From Alphaproteobacteria bacterium (GTDB lineage: Bacteria > Pseudomonadota > Alphaproteobacteria > Rs-D84): 32,000 nucleotides of DNA. The notes beneath the pieces are model-generated. The model was not told the origin of the DNA. It searched no databases and worked only from the letters and a program-made list of their open reading frames with translations. The first letter of the stretch is position 1, and every line of letters begins with the position of its first letter. The stretch lies in the NCBI GenBank assembly GCA_017475605.1, contig JAFVFD010000005.1:383726-415725 (forward strand), read 5' to 3'. Shown in pieces: positions 1 through 9,707 of the stretch. The position numbers and the translations under genes are program-made.

Positions 1-998
1 TGCTGGGTAATACCACCCGCTTCGCCGGCAACAACATTTGCATTACGGAATGCGTCCAACAAAGATGTTTTACCATGGTCAACATGTCCCACAACGGTAA
101 CGACCGGTGGACGTGGTTGTAATTTTGCTGGGTCTGGTTGACGTTCCAGTTGTTCTGCGTATGGTTTGACAACAACGCGTTTGACGGTTGCGCCAAATTC
201 ACCCGCAACCAATTCGGCGGTATCTGCATCAATCGATTGATTGACGGATGCCATCATGCCCATTTCCATCAATTTTTTAATAACATTACCGACTTTTTCA
301 GCCATCGCCGCCGCCAAATCTTTGACAGTAATTGTTTCGCCAATGGTAACTTCGTGGGAAACTTTTTGTGGGGCGGTAAATATAGCACGCGCTTTTTCGC
401 GAAAACGTTTTAACGATGCTTCGGACCGGCGACGGTTTGCACCACGAATACCGATTTCTTCGTCATCATCTTCGCCACCGATAACAATGTCGTGGATAGA
501 TATTTTGCCGGCCTTTTTAAAGTCGCGTTTGAAATTATTTTTTTGTGGACGTTCATCATCAATATCGCGTTCATTGTTGCGATTGTTGCGTCCGGAATTA
601 TTATTGTTGTTCTGTTGTTTTTTTGGAGTATTTACAACCGGCGCTTTTTCTTCTGTATCGGCTGTATCAGCGGTATTTTCGCGTGTTGCCAGTTTAGATT
701 TAACCTGTTCGTATTCATCTGCTTCGCGGGCAATTTCTGCTTCGCGTGCGACGCGCGCGGCTTCTTCGGCGGCCTCTCTGGCTTTGCGTTCTTCTTCGCG
801 GGCGCGTGCAGCCTCTAGAACGGCACGCAATTTTTCATCGGCCGCATTGTGTGGTTGGGTCGGTGTGGTCGGTTCTTCACGCAATTCTTTGCTGCCTGGG
901 GCAACAATACGACGGCGACGTTCTACGAAAACGTTGTCGCCTTTCTTGCTTTGTACCGCATCGATTGTCACAGATTTTCCAAGTGTCAATGTCGCCAT
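1..998 (-). CDS. infB: Translation initiation factor IF-2, N-terminal part (continues beyond window edge)
   Basis: The minus-strand frame is open from ATG 998-996 (GGAG 7 nt upstream) to nt 1. It translates [30 protein letters not shown]..., then a charged Glu/Ala/Arg/Asn linker, then [36 protein letters not shown] (G-domain P-loop) at the window start. It lies directly downstream of nusA. It is absent from the ORF track only because no stop lies in the window. Confidence 0.95.
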   Translation of the reverse strand, partial: MATLTLGKSVTIDAVQSKKGDNVFVERRRRIVAPGSKELREEPTTPTQPHNAADEKLRAVLEAARAREEERKAREAAEEAARVAREAEIAREADEYEQVKSKLATRENTADTADTEEKAPVVNTPKKQQNNNNNSGRNNRNNERDIDDERPQKNNFKRDFKKAGKISIHDIVIGGEDDDEEIGIRGANRRRSEASLKRFREKARAIFTAPQKVSHEVTIGETITVKDLAAAMAEKVGNVIKKLMEMGMMASVNQSIDADTAELVAGEFGATVKRVVVKPYAEQLERQPDPAKLQPRPPVVTVVGHVDHGKTSLLDAFRNANVVAGEAGGITQ

Positions 999-1060
999 AA
1001 AATACTCCGTTTTTTAAAGTGTTCAGAGTACAAGTATTTGTACCCTGAACTTTATACACT

Positions 1061-2596
1061 TTATTCTTCTGTTGTTATGCCATAGGCTAATTCACGCGCC
1101 TTCATAATCACGCGCCCAGCCAAGCGTTCGCTCATTGTGTCTTCGCCAATGATTTCAACCAATTCATCGGATGACAGGTCGGCCAAATCGTCCAAAGACT
1201 TGATGCCGTTTTCGCCCAACTTCATAATGATTGGACGTTTGATGAAATCAAATTTCAACAAGTCATCTGACATGCCCATTTTGTGTCCGTTATCAATATA
1301 GTCTTGTTCGGCATGTGCCAAATAATCGCGTGCGCGTTTTTGTAATTCGGCCGCCAATTCAGAATTAAAGCCTTCGATAGATTCCAATTCCTTGATATCG
1401 ACGAATGCGACTTCTTCGATTGTACGGAACCCTTCTGTGATTAACAGGTGGGCAATCATTTCGTCAACGTCCAGACCACTGATAAACAATTCTGTCTTTT
1501 CCTTGAATTCACGTGCGCGACGTTCTTGTTCTTCGGCTTCGTTCATAACATCAATGTTCCAGCCCGTCAATTGAGATGCCAAGCGGACATTTTGACCACG
1601 ACGACCAATCGCCAAAGATTGTTGATCTTCGTTAACAACAACGGCCGCGGTGCGTGTATCTTCATCAACGATGATTTTTGCTACCTTGGCGGGTTGCATC
1701 GCGTTAACGATAAATACAGCCGGGTCTTCGGAATACAAAATAACATCAATTTTTTCGCCATGGCATTCGTTGATAACAGGCTGAATACGTGTACCCTTGA
1801 TACCAACAGTCATACCAACCGCATCAATGGACGGATCAGATGTTTCCACCGCGATTTTTGCGTGTGAACCCGGTGCACGTGCCACAGATTTGATTTTAAT
1901 TAAACCTTCATAGATTTCAGGCACTTCCTGGACAAACAATTTTTCCATAAACAATGGATGCGTACGGGTTAAAAAGATTTGTGGACCCGAATTAGAACGT
2001 GTTACGTCCATAATCAATGCGCGGACACGATCACCAACCGCCAAACGTTCGCCTGGGATTAATTCTGAACCCTTGATATAACCTTCGGCCTTGCCGTTGA
2101 TATCAACAAATACATTACCAAATTCAATGTGTTTAACAACGCCCGATACAATATCGCCAATGTTGTCTTTGAATTCTTCGTATTGACGACCCTTTTCGGC
2201 ATCACGAACGCGGGCCGTCATTATTTGACGTGCGGTTTGGAATGCCATACGGCCAAATTCAGGTTCTGGTAATTGGTCTTCAACAGTATCGCCAACCGAT
2301 GGGTTTTTAGCATATTTTTTAGCCTGGGCAACGGTTAACATTGTGCTTGGGTCATATTCTTCACCCGCAGATTCAGGCGATTCAATAACACTAAATAAAC
2401 GTTTTACGTGGATTGCCCCGTTTTTGCGGTCAATGTTTGCGACAATATTAAATTCTTCGCCATATTTATGCTTGGCGATTTTGGCAATGGCCGCCTCTAA
2501 TGATTCAATAACGATTTCGCGATCAATTTGTTTTTCCTGGGCCAGGGAATCGATGGCCAACAACAAATCTTGACGAGGCATAGATTCAAAAGACAT
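1061..2596 (-). CDS. nusA: Transcription termination/antitermination factor NusA
   Basis: The 511-aa product starts MSFESMPRQDLLLAIDSLAQEK, has S1/KH-type core sequence (GDIVSGVVKHIEFGNVFVDI..., IGRRGQNVRLASQLTGWNIDV), and the gene sits upstream of infB. AAGGAG lies 6 nt upstream of ATG 2596. The ORF-track start at 2716 is an unsupported 40-codon extension. Confidence 0.93.
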   Translation of the reverse strand: MSFESMPRQDLLLAIDSLAQEKQIDREIVIESLEAAIAKIAKHKYGEEFNIVANIDRKNGAIHVKRLFSVIESPESAGEEYDPSTMLTVAQAKKYAKNPSVGDTVEDQLPEPEFGRMAFQTARQIMTARVRDAEKGRQYEEFKDNIGDIVSGVVKHIEFGNVFVDINGKAEGYIKGSELIPGERLAVGDRVRALIMDVTRSNSGPQIFLTRTHPLFMEKLFVQEVPEIYEGLIKIKSVARAPGSHAKIAVETSDPSIDAVGMTVGIKGTRIQPVINECHGEKIDVILYSEDPAVFIVNAMQPAKVAKIIVDEDTRTAAVVVNEDQQSLAIGRRGQNVRLASQLTGWNIDVMNEAEEQERRAREFKEKTELFISGLDVDEMIAHLLITEGFRTIEEVAFVDIKELESIEGFNSELAAELQKRARDYLAHAEQDYIDNGHKMGMSDDLLKFDFIKRPIIMKLGENGIKSLDDLADLSSDELVEIIGEDTMSERLAGRVIMKARELAYGITTEE

Positions 2597-2639
2597 ATGT
2601 TTCTCCTTGTATGTTATAATCGTCTTTCTTACTGAAAGA

Positions 2640-2659
2640 GCGGGGTTTTGCAACCCCGC
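2640..2659 (-). promoter_or_regulatory. GC-rich hairpin in the nusA 5' region (possible leader or attenuator structure)
   Basis: GCGGGGTT-ttgc-AACCCCGC forms an 8-bp stem about 45 nt upstream of the nusA ATG. On the minus strand it is followed by only a weak U tract (tctttc). Confidence 0.3.
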
Positions 2660-2752
2660 CCTTAAATAAACTTTTAAGAACAAGCGTATTATTAACCCCG
2701 AATCGTCTAAAATCAAGCAAAAAATATATATTACAAATCGTTAATCACTTAA

Positions 2753-2781
2753 TTGACACCCGGGGGTTTGGGCTTTATACT
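2753..2781 (+). promoter_or_regulatory. Near-consensus sigma70 promoter abutting the permease start codon
   Basis: TTGACA (2753-2758), a 17-nt spacer, TATACT (2776-2781), then 7 nt (ggggatt) and ATG 2789. The TTG that the ORF track used as a start (2753) is the -35 hexamer itself. Confidence 0.5.
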
Positions 2782-2788
2782 GGGGATT

Positions 2789-3847
2789 ATGAGCATAATA
2801 AACAAGTATTTTTCGCGTCAATTAATAACGATTTTTGTTATGTTATTGGCGGTTTTGGCGGGTTTGGCATGGATGGTTCAGATTATGTCCATGATGAAAT
2901 TCGTTCTTAACTATGGTGTACAGGTAAGCAGTTTTATCGGTCTTACCGCACTGATGATACCATTTATTATCGCAATTATTATCCCATTTGTTACCTTTAT
3001 CGCCATTATTTTTGTATATAACAAATTGATTGCTGATAACGAAGTAACGGTTATGGCATCTACTGGTTTGGCACCGCGACAAATTGCGCGCCCGGCGATG
3101 ATGTTTGCGGTTGTGATGACTTTGATTCATCTTGGACTTAATATTTTTGTTGTGCCATCAACCCAGGCCAAGTTTTACGATACACAATGGAACCTGCGTT
3201 ATGGGTTGGCGCATTTGAAATTACAAGAAGCGGCATTTACAGAATTGTCATCGGGGCTGGTTGTGTATGTTGACAAGGTTTCAGGTTATGATTTATCCCA
3301 GGTGATGTTGTCCGATATGCGAAATGAAAGGGCCGAAATGATTATTTTCGCAGAAAAAGGTAAATTGGTCGCGACACAACGCGGGCTGTCTATTGTTATG
3401 ACAAATGGTTCAGTCCAGGGGCGTGGCGATATGATGGTGTCGGGTACCTTTGAAACGTTTGATATGGACCTTAATGTTGCGGACAAGGGTGGAATGACGG
3501 GTTATCGTGTGCGCAGTGTTTCAACAGGTCAATTATTTCAAGATGTCCTTGATTCACCAACGGCAAAACGGCATCGGACGGTTTTAACAGAATTGGCAAC
3601 GCGTCTTTTGGAACCGTTTATGAATATTATTTTGGCGGCACTTTGTTTGGCGATATTGTTGCGTACGTCGCTGTTGCGTAGACGGGCCAGTTTTGCGCCT
3701 GCGGCGGCGGTGGCATCAATGGCGGTTGTGATGGCTGTATTTATGTCCGCATCAAATATGATGAACAGTATTACAGATTTTGGTATTTTGTCGCTTGGGG
3801 TGTTGGGGACAATGATGGCGGTGGTTTTTGCGCTGTACAGAAAATAA
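2789..3847 (+). CDS. LptF/LptG-family (YjgP/YjgQ) LPS export permease
   Basis: The product starts MSIINKYFSRQLITIFVM, a typical LptF/G N-terminus. It has multiple TM helices flanking a soluble periplasmic loop and sits immediately upstream of lptD, as in many Alphaproteobacteria. Confidence 0.85.
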   Translation: MSIINKYFSRQLITIFVMLLAVLAGLAWMVQIMSMMKFVLNYGVQVSSFIGLTALMIPFIIAIIIPFVTFIAIIFVYNKLIADNEVTVMASTGLAPRQIARPAMMFAVVMTLIHLGLNIFVVPSTQAKFYDTQWNLRYGLAHLKLQEAAFTELSSGLVVYVDKVSGYDLSQVMLSDMRNERAEMIIFAEKGKLVATQRGLSIVMTNGSVQGRGDMMVSGTFETFDMDLNVADKGGMTGYRVRSVSTGQLFQDVLDSPTAKRHRTVLTELATRLLEPFMNIILAALCLAILLRTSLLRRRASFAPAAAVASMAVVMAVFMSASNMMNSITDFGILSLGVLGTMMAVVFALYRK

Positions 3848-3850
3848 AAA

Positions 3851-5857
3851 ATGAAAAGATTGGTTGCGCTTTTATCAATGTTAGGAATGGCAAATGCGTA
3901 TGCGTTGCCATTGGATGTTAATTCGCCAAAAACTATCAAAAGCGAAAAAATTGAATACGATATTAAAACCGGTACGGTCAAGACAACTGGTAAAACAGAA
4001 ATTACAAATGCCGCCGGCCAGCGCATGACACTGAAAGATTCTTATATGTCTGGGCGTGGTCAAGAATTGTCGGGTGATGATATAAAGATATGGTTGGGAC
4101 AACATGTCTATGTTGAATCGGATAATATAACCCGCAATGGCGATGATACTATTGCGCGGCACGCATCGTTTACGGCGTGCTATGATTGTGATAAGTTTGG
4201 AAATGCATGGAAAATAAACGCATCTAAAATTGTCCATGATATGTCGGACCGTATGTTAAGTTTCCATAATATGGTCTATTATATTTATGATGTGCCTGTG
4301 CTGTATTTGCCATACTATACCATGCCAGATCCGGGGGTTAAGCATAAAAGTGGGTTATTGATACCAAACATGGAATCGACAAACAAGATGGGGTTACAAA
4401 TCAACATCCCGTTATATTTGTATTTGTCAAATACGCATGATGCAACTTTTACACTTTCGTATTTAACCAAAGAAAACCCGTTAATGCAGGCAGAACACAG
4501 ATTGAATCTGGCGCATTCTGAATTCAGAACCCGCGGTTCATATACACATAATCGCGCAGGTGAAGATCGTTGGCATATATTCAATGATGATGTAATTGAA
4601 TTGGGTGAATATGCGCGTGCATCAATATTTATCGCGCGTGCATCTGACAAGACTTATTTACAGAAATACGGGTTCTATGAAGACCAACCGTATCTAGATT
4701 CGGGGGCACGTGTGGAATTATTTGGTCGTTCCAGTTATGCTGTTGCCGATGCGCATATATTCCAGGAATTACGCAGCAGCAGACGCAATGTTTCGGTCCC
4801 CGGTGGTAATATTTTGCCAAATATTCGCGGGGTATACCAATCTGACCCATTGTTTGCGGAAACATATTTTACATTATCGGGTGATGTATTGGGCATTGTT
4901 GGGGACGGTACTTCATCGCAACGTATGGTGGGCGAAGCGCGTGTAACATCGCCATGGACATTATGGGGTGGAAATCGTATAACGGCATCTGTCGCGGCGC
5001 GTTATGATTTATATAACTTTAACAATGTTGATATGGTTGATGGCGATAAATATAGCGGACTAAAAAATCGGTTCCTGCCAAATGGGTATGTCGAATGGGG
5101 TTTGCCTTTTATTAAATCTGGTGCAAATTGGACACAAACAATTGAACCGCGTGCGCGTTTAACGATGGTAAGAAAAACAAGCCAAGATGAATTTGCGCAA
5201 AACAACGATTCCGCCGGAACATTTCTGTCGGATACCGTTTTGTTTTCAGATAATCGATTTGCGGGATATGACCTTTGGGAAAATGGAACATTTGCAGATT
5301 ATGGGGTGCGCTGGGCTGCATTTAACAACGATGGGCGTACGGTAGAAGTTTTCCTTGGGCAATCTTATGATTTAACAGACAGGGCCGCAACCGATATAAA
5401 CAGCGGGTTTCATGATGGTGCATCGGACTATGTTGGGCGCGTTGGTTTTAATAATTCTGATTGGCTGGATATATCAAGTCGTTTTCGTTTTGACCGCGAC
5501 AGTTTTAATCTGCGACACGCAGAAACTTCGGCGGTTATTGGCAAGGAAAATTATATCACCATTGGGCATATTTGGGCGCGCCAGTTTATTGATGCGCAAA
5601 CATTGGCACCCGATATTAACGAGGCAATGATTGGTACAGGATTTCGCATAACAGATCGTTGGTCGGTTCAATTTAATGCGATTTATAATTGGACAGAAAA
5701 TACGTTTTTGCGTCACAGTGGAACATTATTCTATAATCATCCATGCTATTATTTATCGTTGGGTTATCGTCGTGATAATGCGGTACGCGAAGACTACGAA
5801 GGAAATACAACAATTCAATTTCGGTTTGGCATGACAATCGATGGACAGAAATATTAA
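3851..5857 (+). CDS. lptD: LPS-assembly outer membrane protein LptD (OstA)
   Basis: 668 aa with signal peptide MKRLVALLSMLGMANAYA. An OstA-like N-terminal domain is followed by a long beta-barrel region rich in aromatic/Gly/Asn/Asp. The ATG lies 3 nt after the permease stop, and the permease-lptD-surA order is conserved. Confidence 0.9.
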   Translation: MKRLVALLSMLGMANAYALPLDVNSPKTIKSEKIEYDIKTGTVKTTGKTEITNAAGQRMTLKDSYMSGRGQELSGDDIKIWLGQHVYVESDNITRNGDDTIARHASFTACYDCDKFGNAWKINASKIVHDMSDRMLSFHNMVYYIYDVPVLYLPYYTMPDPGVKHKSGLLIPNMESTNKMGLQINIPLYLYLSNTHDATFTLSYLTKENPLMQAEHRLNLAHSEFRTRGSYTHNRAGEDRWHIFNDDVIELGEYARASIFIARASDKTYLQKYGFYEDQPYLDSGARVELFGRSSYAVADAHIFQELRSSRRNVSVPGGNILPNIRGVYQSDPLFAETYFTLSGDVLGIVGDGTSSQRMVGEARVTSPWTLWGGNRITASVAARYDLYNFNNVDMVDGDKYSGLKNRFLPNGYVEWGLPFIKSGANWTQTIEPRARLTMVRKTSQDEFAQNNDSAGTFLSDTVLFSDNRFAGYDLWENGTFADYGVRWAAFNNDGRTVEVFLGQSYDLTDRAATDINSGFHDGASDYVGRVGFNNSDWLDISSRFRFDRDSFNLRHAETSAVIGKENYITIGHIWARQFIDAQTLAPDINEAMIGTGFRITDRWSVQFNAIYNWTENTFLRHSGTLFYNHPCYYLSLGYRRDNAVREDYEGNTTIQFRFGMTIDGQKY

Positions 5858-5863
5858 TGGGGG

Positions 5864-6697
5864 ATGTGTAAAATGAAACCTTGTGTAATTATGGCTTTGT
5901 TGGTGATGTTGGTTTCGGTGCCGGCTTTTTCGGCAACGGTTGTGGCGACCGTTAATGGCACACCTGTTACAGATACGGATATTACGGCACGAACAAAACT
6001 TATGGCGCGCCAGGGTAAAGTATCGACCGATAATCGTCGGGTTGCGTTGCAAAATATTATCGACGATTCTGTCAAATTAAATTATGCGGCTAATTTTGGG
6101 GTGAAACCAACAGATGCCGATGCAGAAAAAGAATTAAAGCGCATGAATATGTCTGACCTGACCGCATCTGAACGGGCGATGGCGATATCTGCGATTAAGG
6201 CGGATATGGCATGGCAGGTTATTGTTGCGCGAACAATTTTACCAACGGTTGATGTGTCCGCCGAAGATGTACGTTCAATGAAAAATGATTTGGCGCGGGA
6301 CCAGGGGTTGCCGATTGAAATGACGATTGTGCGCCTTACTGACATCCCAAGTGATGTTGCGGAAAAACTAACAAAACCGAAAAATTGTGATGATGCGGTC
6401 CAAATGGCAGAAAAACTTGGTGGGTATCCGCAACGATTCACCGCACAGCAATATGAATTGTCGGCTGACATTCGTGCACGTGTGGTTGGGTTACCGACAC
6501 TTACATGGTCGCCGGTTGTTGATGACAGTGTTTTATTGGTATGCAGTAGCAAGAAATCATCAGAATATGGAAAACTGGATGATATTATTAAACAAAATGC
6601 CATGTTTAAACAGGCTATGTTTATTTCGGATCAACAATTGAAGCAACTGCGGCGGCGCGCGGTCGTTGTTATAAATGATGACAGATATAAATTATAA
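5864..6697 (+). CDS. SurA-like periplasmic chaperone (SurA N-terminal domain type, no obvious PPIase domain)
   Basis: The signal peptide (..LVSVPAFSA) is followed by TVVATVNGTPVTDTDITARTKL, the SurA N-domain signature. The gene follows lptD. An alternative start is ATG 5873, with GGGGGA 8 nt upstream. Confidence 0.7.
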   Translation: MCKMKPCVIMALLVMLVSVPAFSATVVATVNGTPVTDTDITARTKLMARQGKVSTDNRRVALQNIIDDSVKLNYAANFGVKPTDADAEKELKRMNMSDLTASERAMAISAIKADMAWQVIVARTILPTVDVSAEDVRSMKNDLARDQGLPIEMTIVRLTDIPSDVAEKLTKPKNCDDAVQMAEKLGGYPQRFTAQQYELSADIRARVVGLPTLTWSPVVDDSVLLVCSSKKSSEYGKLDDIIKQNAMFKQAMFISDQQLKQLRRRAVVVINDDRYKL

Positions 6698-7802
6698 AAT
6701 GAAACCGGTATTATTTGATTTTAATGATTCAGAATTGGAAAAGTTTATAACAGACTTGGGCCAGCCACGTTTTCGCGCAAAACAAATTCGTGATTGGCTG
6801 TCGCGTGGTGCGCCAGATTTTGCGTCTATGAAAAATTTGCCGGCAAATTTACGTGAACAACTGGACGGGTGTGCGCAAACCCTGCCGGTGCGGTTAACTA
6901 AAAAACTGGAATCATCGGACGGACAAACGACCAAATTTTTATTGGAACTGGGCGATTGTGAACAGATTGAATGTGTTTTAATGCGCACCAGTTACGGCAA
7001 CAGTGTTTGTGTCAGTTCCCAGGCAGGTTGTGCCATGGGGTGTCGTTTTTGTGCCAGTACACTGTTGGGTCTTAAACGCAATTTAACTGTTAACGAAATG
7101 TTCGCGCAAATATTGATGGCACAATGGACATTACGCAACAGCACAGATGAAAAATCTATTCGCGCCAATGGTGATGCGAATAACGATGATGTATCGCATA
7201 TAGTAATTATGGGAACGGGTGAACCATTACAAAATACTGAAAATGTAATCGGTTTTATGGAACGCGCAAACGCGGAAATGGGCATCGGTTGGCGCCGCAT
7301 CACATTATCAACATGCGGAATTGTGCCTGGTATTCGTCGATTGATAGAATGGGGACGACCGATAAACCTGGCCATATCTTTACACGCACCAACGGATGAA
7401 TTACGCAGCCAAATTATGCCAATAAATAATAAATATAAATTAGAAGAGGTGTTGTCGGCGGCGGACGATTTCACAAATACCCATAATCGTCAGTTGATGA
7501 TTGAATATATATTGTTGGGTAAACGCGATGAGAATGGCGAAACGGTGCTTTATAACGCGACACCTGAATATGCGGAAAAGTTGTCGGCATTGTTGCGTGG
7601 TAAAAATTGTATGGTGAATCTTATTCCATGGAACGCGGTTGATGAACGCGATTTTGCATCACCGTCCGGTAATGCCGTTCATCGTTTCCAGGATATTTTA
7701 ATTAAAAACGGTATTCATACGCGCATTCGGAGGGAACGCGGAACAGATATTGGCTCTGCGTGTGGGCAATTGCGCCTTAAACACAAAAGGGGTGAACAAT
7801 GA
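6675..7802 (+). CDS. rlmN: 23S rRNA/tRNA A2503/A37 C2-methyltransferase RlmN (radical SAM)
   Basis: The product has PRFRAKQIRDWL at the N-terminus, the radical-SAM motif CAMGCRFCAS, and C-terminal GSACGQL. The start is uncertain: 6675, 6678 or 6699. Confidence 0.93.
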   Translation: MMTDINYKMKPVLFDFNDSELEKFITDLGQPRFRAKQIRDWLSRGAPDFASMKNLPANLREQLDGCAQTLPVRLTKKLESSDGQTTKFLLELGDCEQIECVLMRTSYGNSVCVSSQAGCAMGCRFCASTLLGLKRNLTVNEMFAQILMAQWTLRNSTDEKSIRANGDANNDDVSHIVIMGTGEPLQNTENVIGFMERANAEMGIGWRRITLSTCGIVPGIRRLIEWGRPINLAISLHAPTDELRSQIMPINNKYKLEEVLSAADDFTNTHNRQLMIEYILLGKRDENGETVLYNATPEYAEKLSALLRGKNCMVNLIPWNAVDERDFASPSGNAVHRFQDILIKNGIHTRIRRERGTDIGSACGQLRLKHKRGEQ

Positions 7803-8557
7803 ACCTTCGATATATAACCTGTTCTGATCCGCGTGAATTTAATGATATTCATGATATTGTAAAATTGGGACAAATGTCGTCACGTGTCGAAATCGCGGTC
7901 CAGGCACATCCGTCAAAAATGTCGCCGGGTATGCCACGCAACGAATGGTTCCACGATTTACTAGATTATGTTATGATGGATAAATATAAAATAAGACTGG
8001 CATTACATGTTAATCGTGAATGGTGTGATGCAATTTGTCGTACCGGGCAAATACCAAAAGAATTGACAGAGTTTTTTGATTTACACCGTAATGGCAATAT
8101 TTATAATTCTGTTGTTAAGCGGTGGCAATTGAACATCCCGGCGGAAACAGTGCCATATGTGAATATACCGGCGTTAAGCAGATTTATTGATGAAAACCCG
8201 GAAAAGTATTTTATATTACAATATAACCCCAGGACCGAAAAAGTGGTGAACGAATTATACAAGTCTGGGGCGCGCTTTTCGGTATTATATGATGCATCGG
8301 GTGGGCGCGGAATATCGCCGGATGCGTGGCGTGCACCGGTATTTCCAATTTTGTCCCAGGGGTATTCTGGTGGTATGTCGCCGGAAAATGTTTCGGAAAA
8401 CCTGGGCAAGATTTCAAATGTGGTAACAGATAACCGTTCCGTCTGGATTGATGCCGAAGGTAAATTAAAGGTTGATGATAAATTCAATATTGTCCGCGCG
8501 CGTCAATATATCGAAAATGCTGAAAATTGGATTACACAAAACAACAAGCAACGCTAA
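7799..8557 (+). CDS. Hypothetical protein with phosphoribosylanthranilate-isomerase (TrpF)-like TIM-barrel motifs
   Basis: An ATGA overlap with the rlmN stop (7799-7802) and GGGGTGA upstream indicate coupling. The C-terminal half reads VLYDASGGRGISPDAW...SGGMSPENVSENL...WIDAEGKL. This parallels TrpF LLD..GGSGKTFDW...SGGLNPENV...VDVSSGVE. The N-terminal YITCSD resembles the TrpF KICG motif. Confidence 0.6.
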   Translation: MNLRYITCSDPREFNDIHDIVKLGQMSSRVEIAVQAHPSKMSPGMPRNEWFHDLLDYVMMDKYKIRLALHVNREWCDAICRTGQIPKELTEFFDLHRNGNIYNSVVKRWQLNIPAETVPYVNIPALSRFIDENPEKYFILQYNPRTEKVVNELYKSGARFSVLYDASGGRGISPDAWRAPVFPILSQGYSGGMSPENVSENLGKISNVVTDNRSVWIDAEGKLKVDDKFNIVRARQYIENAENWITQNNKQR

Positions 8558-8586
8558 AAAAACCGCCCGTTTGGGCGGTTTTGATT
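8555..8586. terminator. Bidirectional rho-independent terminator
   Basis: AAAAAA-AACCGCCC-gttt-GGGCGGTT-TTGATTTG lies between the convergent genes ending at 8557 (+) and 8598 (-). Confidence 0.75.
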
Positions 8587-8597
8587 TGTTTGCAAAA

Positions 8598-9245
8598 TTA
8601 TTTGTTTGGAATAATTTTGATTTCAACACGACGGTTCTGTTGACGACCCGCGGCGGTCGAGTTAGATGCGATTGGGTTAGATATACCCATACCCATCACT
8701 TCGAAACGTGAAGACTTCACACCCTGACCCATCAAATATGATGCGACGGCCTGGGCACGTTGTTGCGACAATGTTTGGTTGTATGCAACGGTACCTGTGC
8801 TGTCGGTATAGCCCATAACCATAACGGTTGAATTGCTGTATTTCTTCAATACTTTCGCAACAGAATTCAATACAGGATAAAAACCTGCGTTGATGTCGGA
8901 CGAATCACTGCGGAATGTGATGTTGCCCGGCATAACAAGGCGGATGCTGTCGGAATCACGAACGACACGAACACCGGTTGATTCCAATTCTGCGCGTAAT
9001 TCTGCTTCCTGGGTGTCAAGGTAATAGCCAACGCCACCACCAACGGCCGCGCCTGCCGCCGCACCAATCAATGCGCCTTTGCCATGATCCTTGGAAACCA
9101 GGGCCCCGGTTGCCGCACCGGCGGCGGTACCCAATGCGGTACCCCAAACCAATTTAGATGTTTGTGCCTCGCCTGTATAGGGGTTTGTTGTTGTACAGCC
9201 AGCCAACATGGTAACTGCCAACATAATAGGTAATACTTTTTTCAT
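8598..9245 (-). CDS. OmpA-family lipoprotein with a glycine-zipper segment (YiaD-like architecture)
   Basis: The start MKKVLPIMLAVTMLAGC carries a lipobox (LAGC). A Gly/Ala zipper (GTALGTAAGAATGALV..GAAAGAAVGGGVGYY) is followed by an OmpA_C domain (MGYTDSTG...NQTLSQQRAQAV...NRRVEIKI). AGGAG lies upstream of ATG 9245. Confidence 0.85.
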   Translation of the reverse strand: MKKVLPIMLAVTMLAGCTTTNPYTGEAQTSKLVWGTALGTAAGAATGALVSKDHGKGALIGAAAGAAVGGGVGYYLDTQEAELRAELESTGVRVVRDSDSIRLVMPGNITFRSDSSDINAGFYPVLNSVAKVLKKYSNSTVMVMGYTDSTGTVAYNQTLSQQRAQAVASYLMGQGVKSSRFEVMGMGISNPIASNSTAAGRQQNRRVEIKIIPNK

Positions 9246-9389
9246 TTTTTCTCCTTCTGTTCCGCGGTAAAGATTAGTCCAAAAAAACATAAAACACAAC
9301 AATTAAAAAAGAGGTTTTTAAACCATGGACCATTTTTGTCCAATGCAGGATACATAATAACAATGTAATAAAAACCAAGAGGCACCAAA

Positions 9390-9695
9390 ATGACATATCG
9401 CAGAACAGTTTATGACAACTATATGAAAATCAAAAACAGCGAAAAACAGCGCAGAAAACTGGGCCGCTGTTCAATTTACAAAATATTGGACACCGATGCG
9501 CTGGATACCCAGGAAAAGATTGCGTATATTCGCCACAACTATACATATTACGATGGGTTTATGGATATGTTTAATGACCCGGAAACCCACCAACATAATA
9601 AAAACCACGCGGTTTTGAATGATATTATACGCATGGTGCTTTATAAAAGGGCCGACCCCAGTTTGTTAAAGGAAGCGAATGTGTGTATGATGTAG
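9390..9695 (+). CDS. Hypothetical protein (101 aa, no signal peptide)
   Basis: AAGAGG lies 8 nt upstream of the ATG and a strong terminator follows the stop. I recognise no family. Confidence 0.55.
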   Translation: MTYRRTVYDNYMKIKNSEKQRRKLGRCSIYKILDTDALDTQEKIAYIRHNYTYYDGFMDMFNDPETHQHNKNHAVLNDIIRMVLYKRADPSLLKEANVCMM

Positions 9696-9707
9696 TCCTG
9701 TTAATAA

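Noticed and set aside
138-1085. Several + strand ORFs (138-413, 241-1017, 492-818, 746-1000, 849-1085) and the - strand ORF 877-1059
   Set aside because: All overlap the minus-strand infB frame, which translates to an unmistakable IF-2 N-terminus and G domain. The + strand products are low-complexity Ser/Arg/Phe-rich antisense shadows.
2597-2716. 40-codon N-terminal extension of nusA in the ORF track
   Set aside because: AAGGAG sits 6 nt upstream of the internal ATG 2596, and the NusA homology starts there. The extension covers a GC hairpin and has no RBS.
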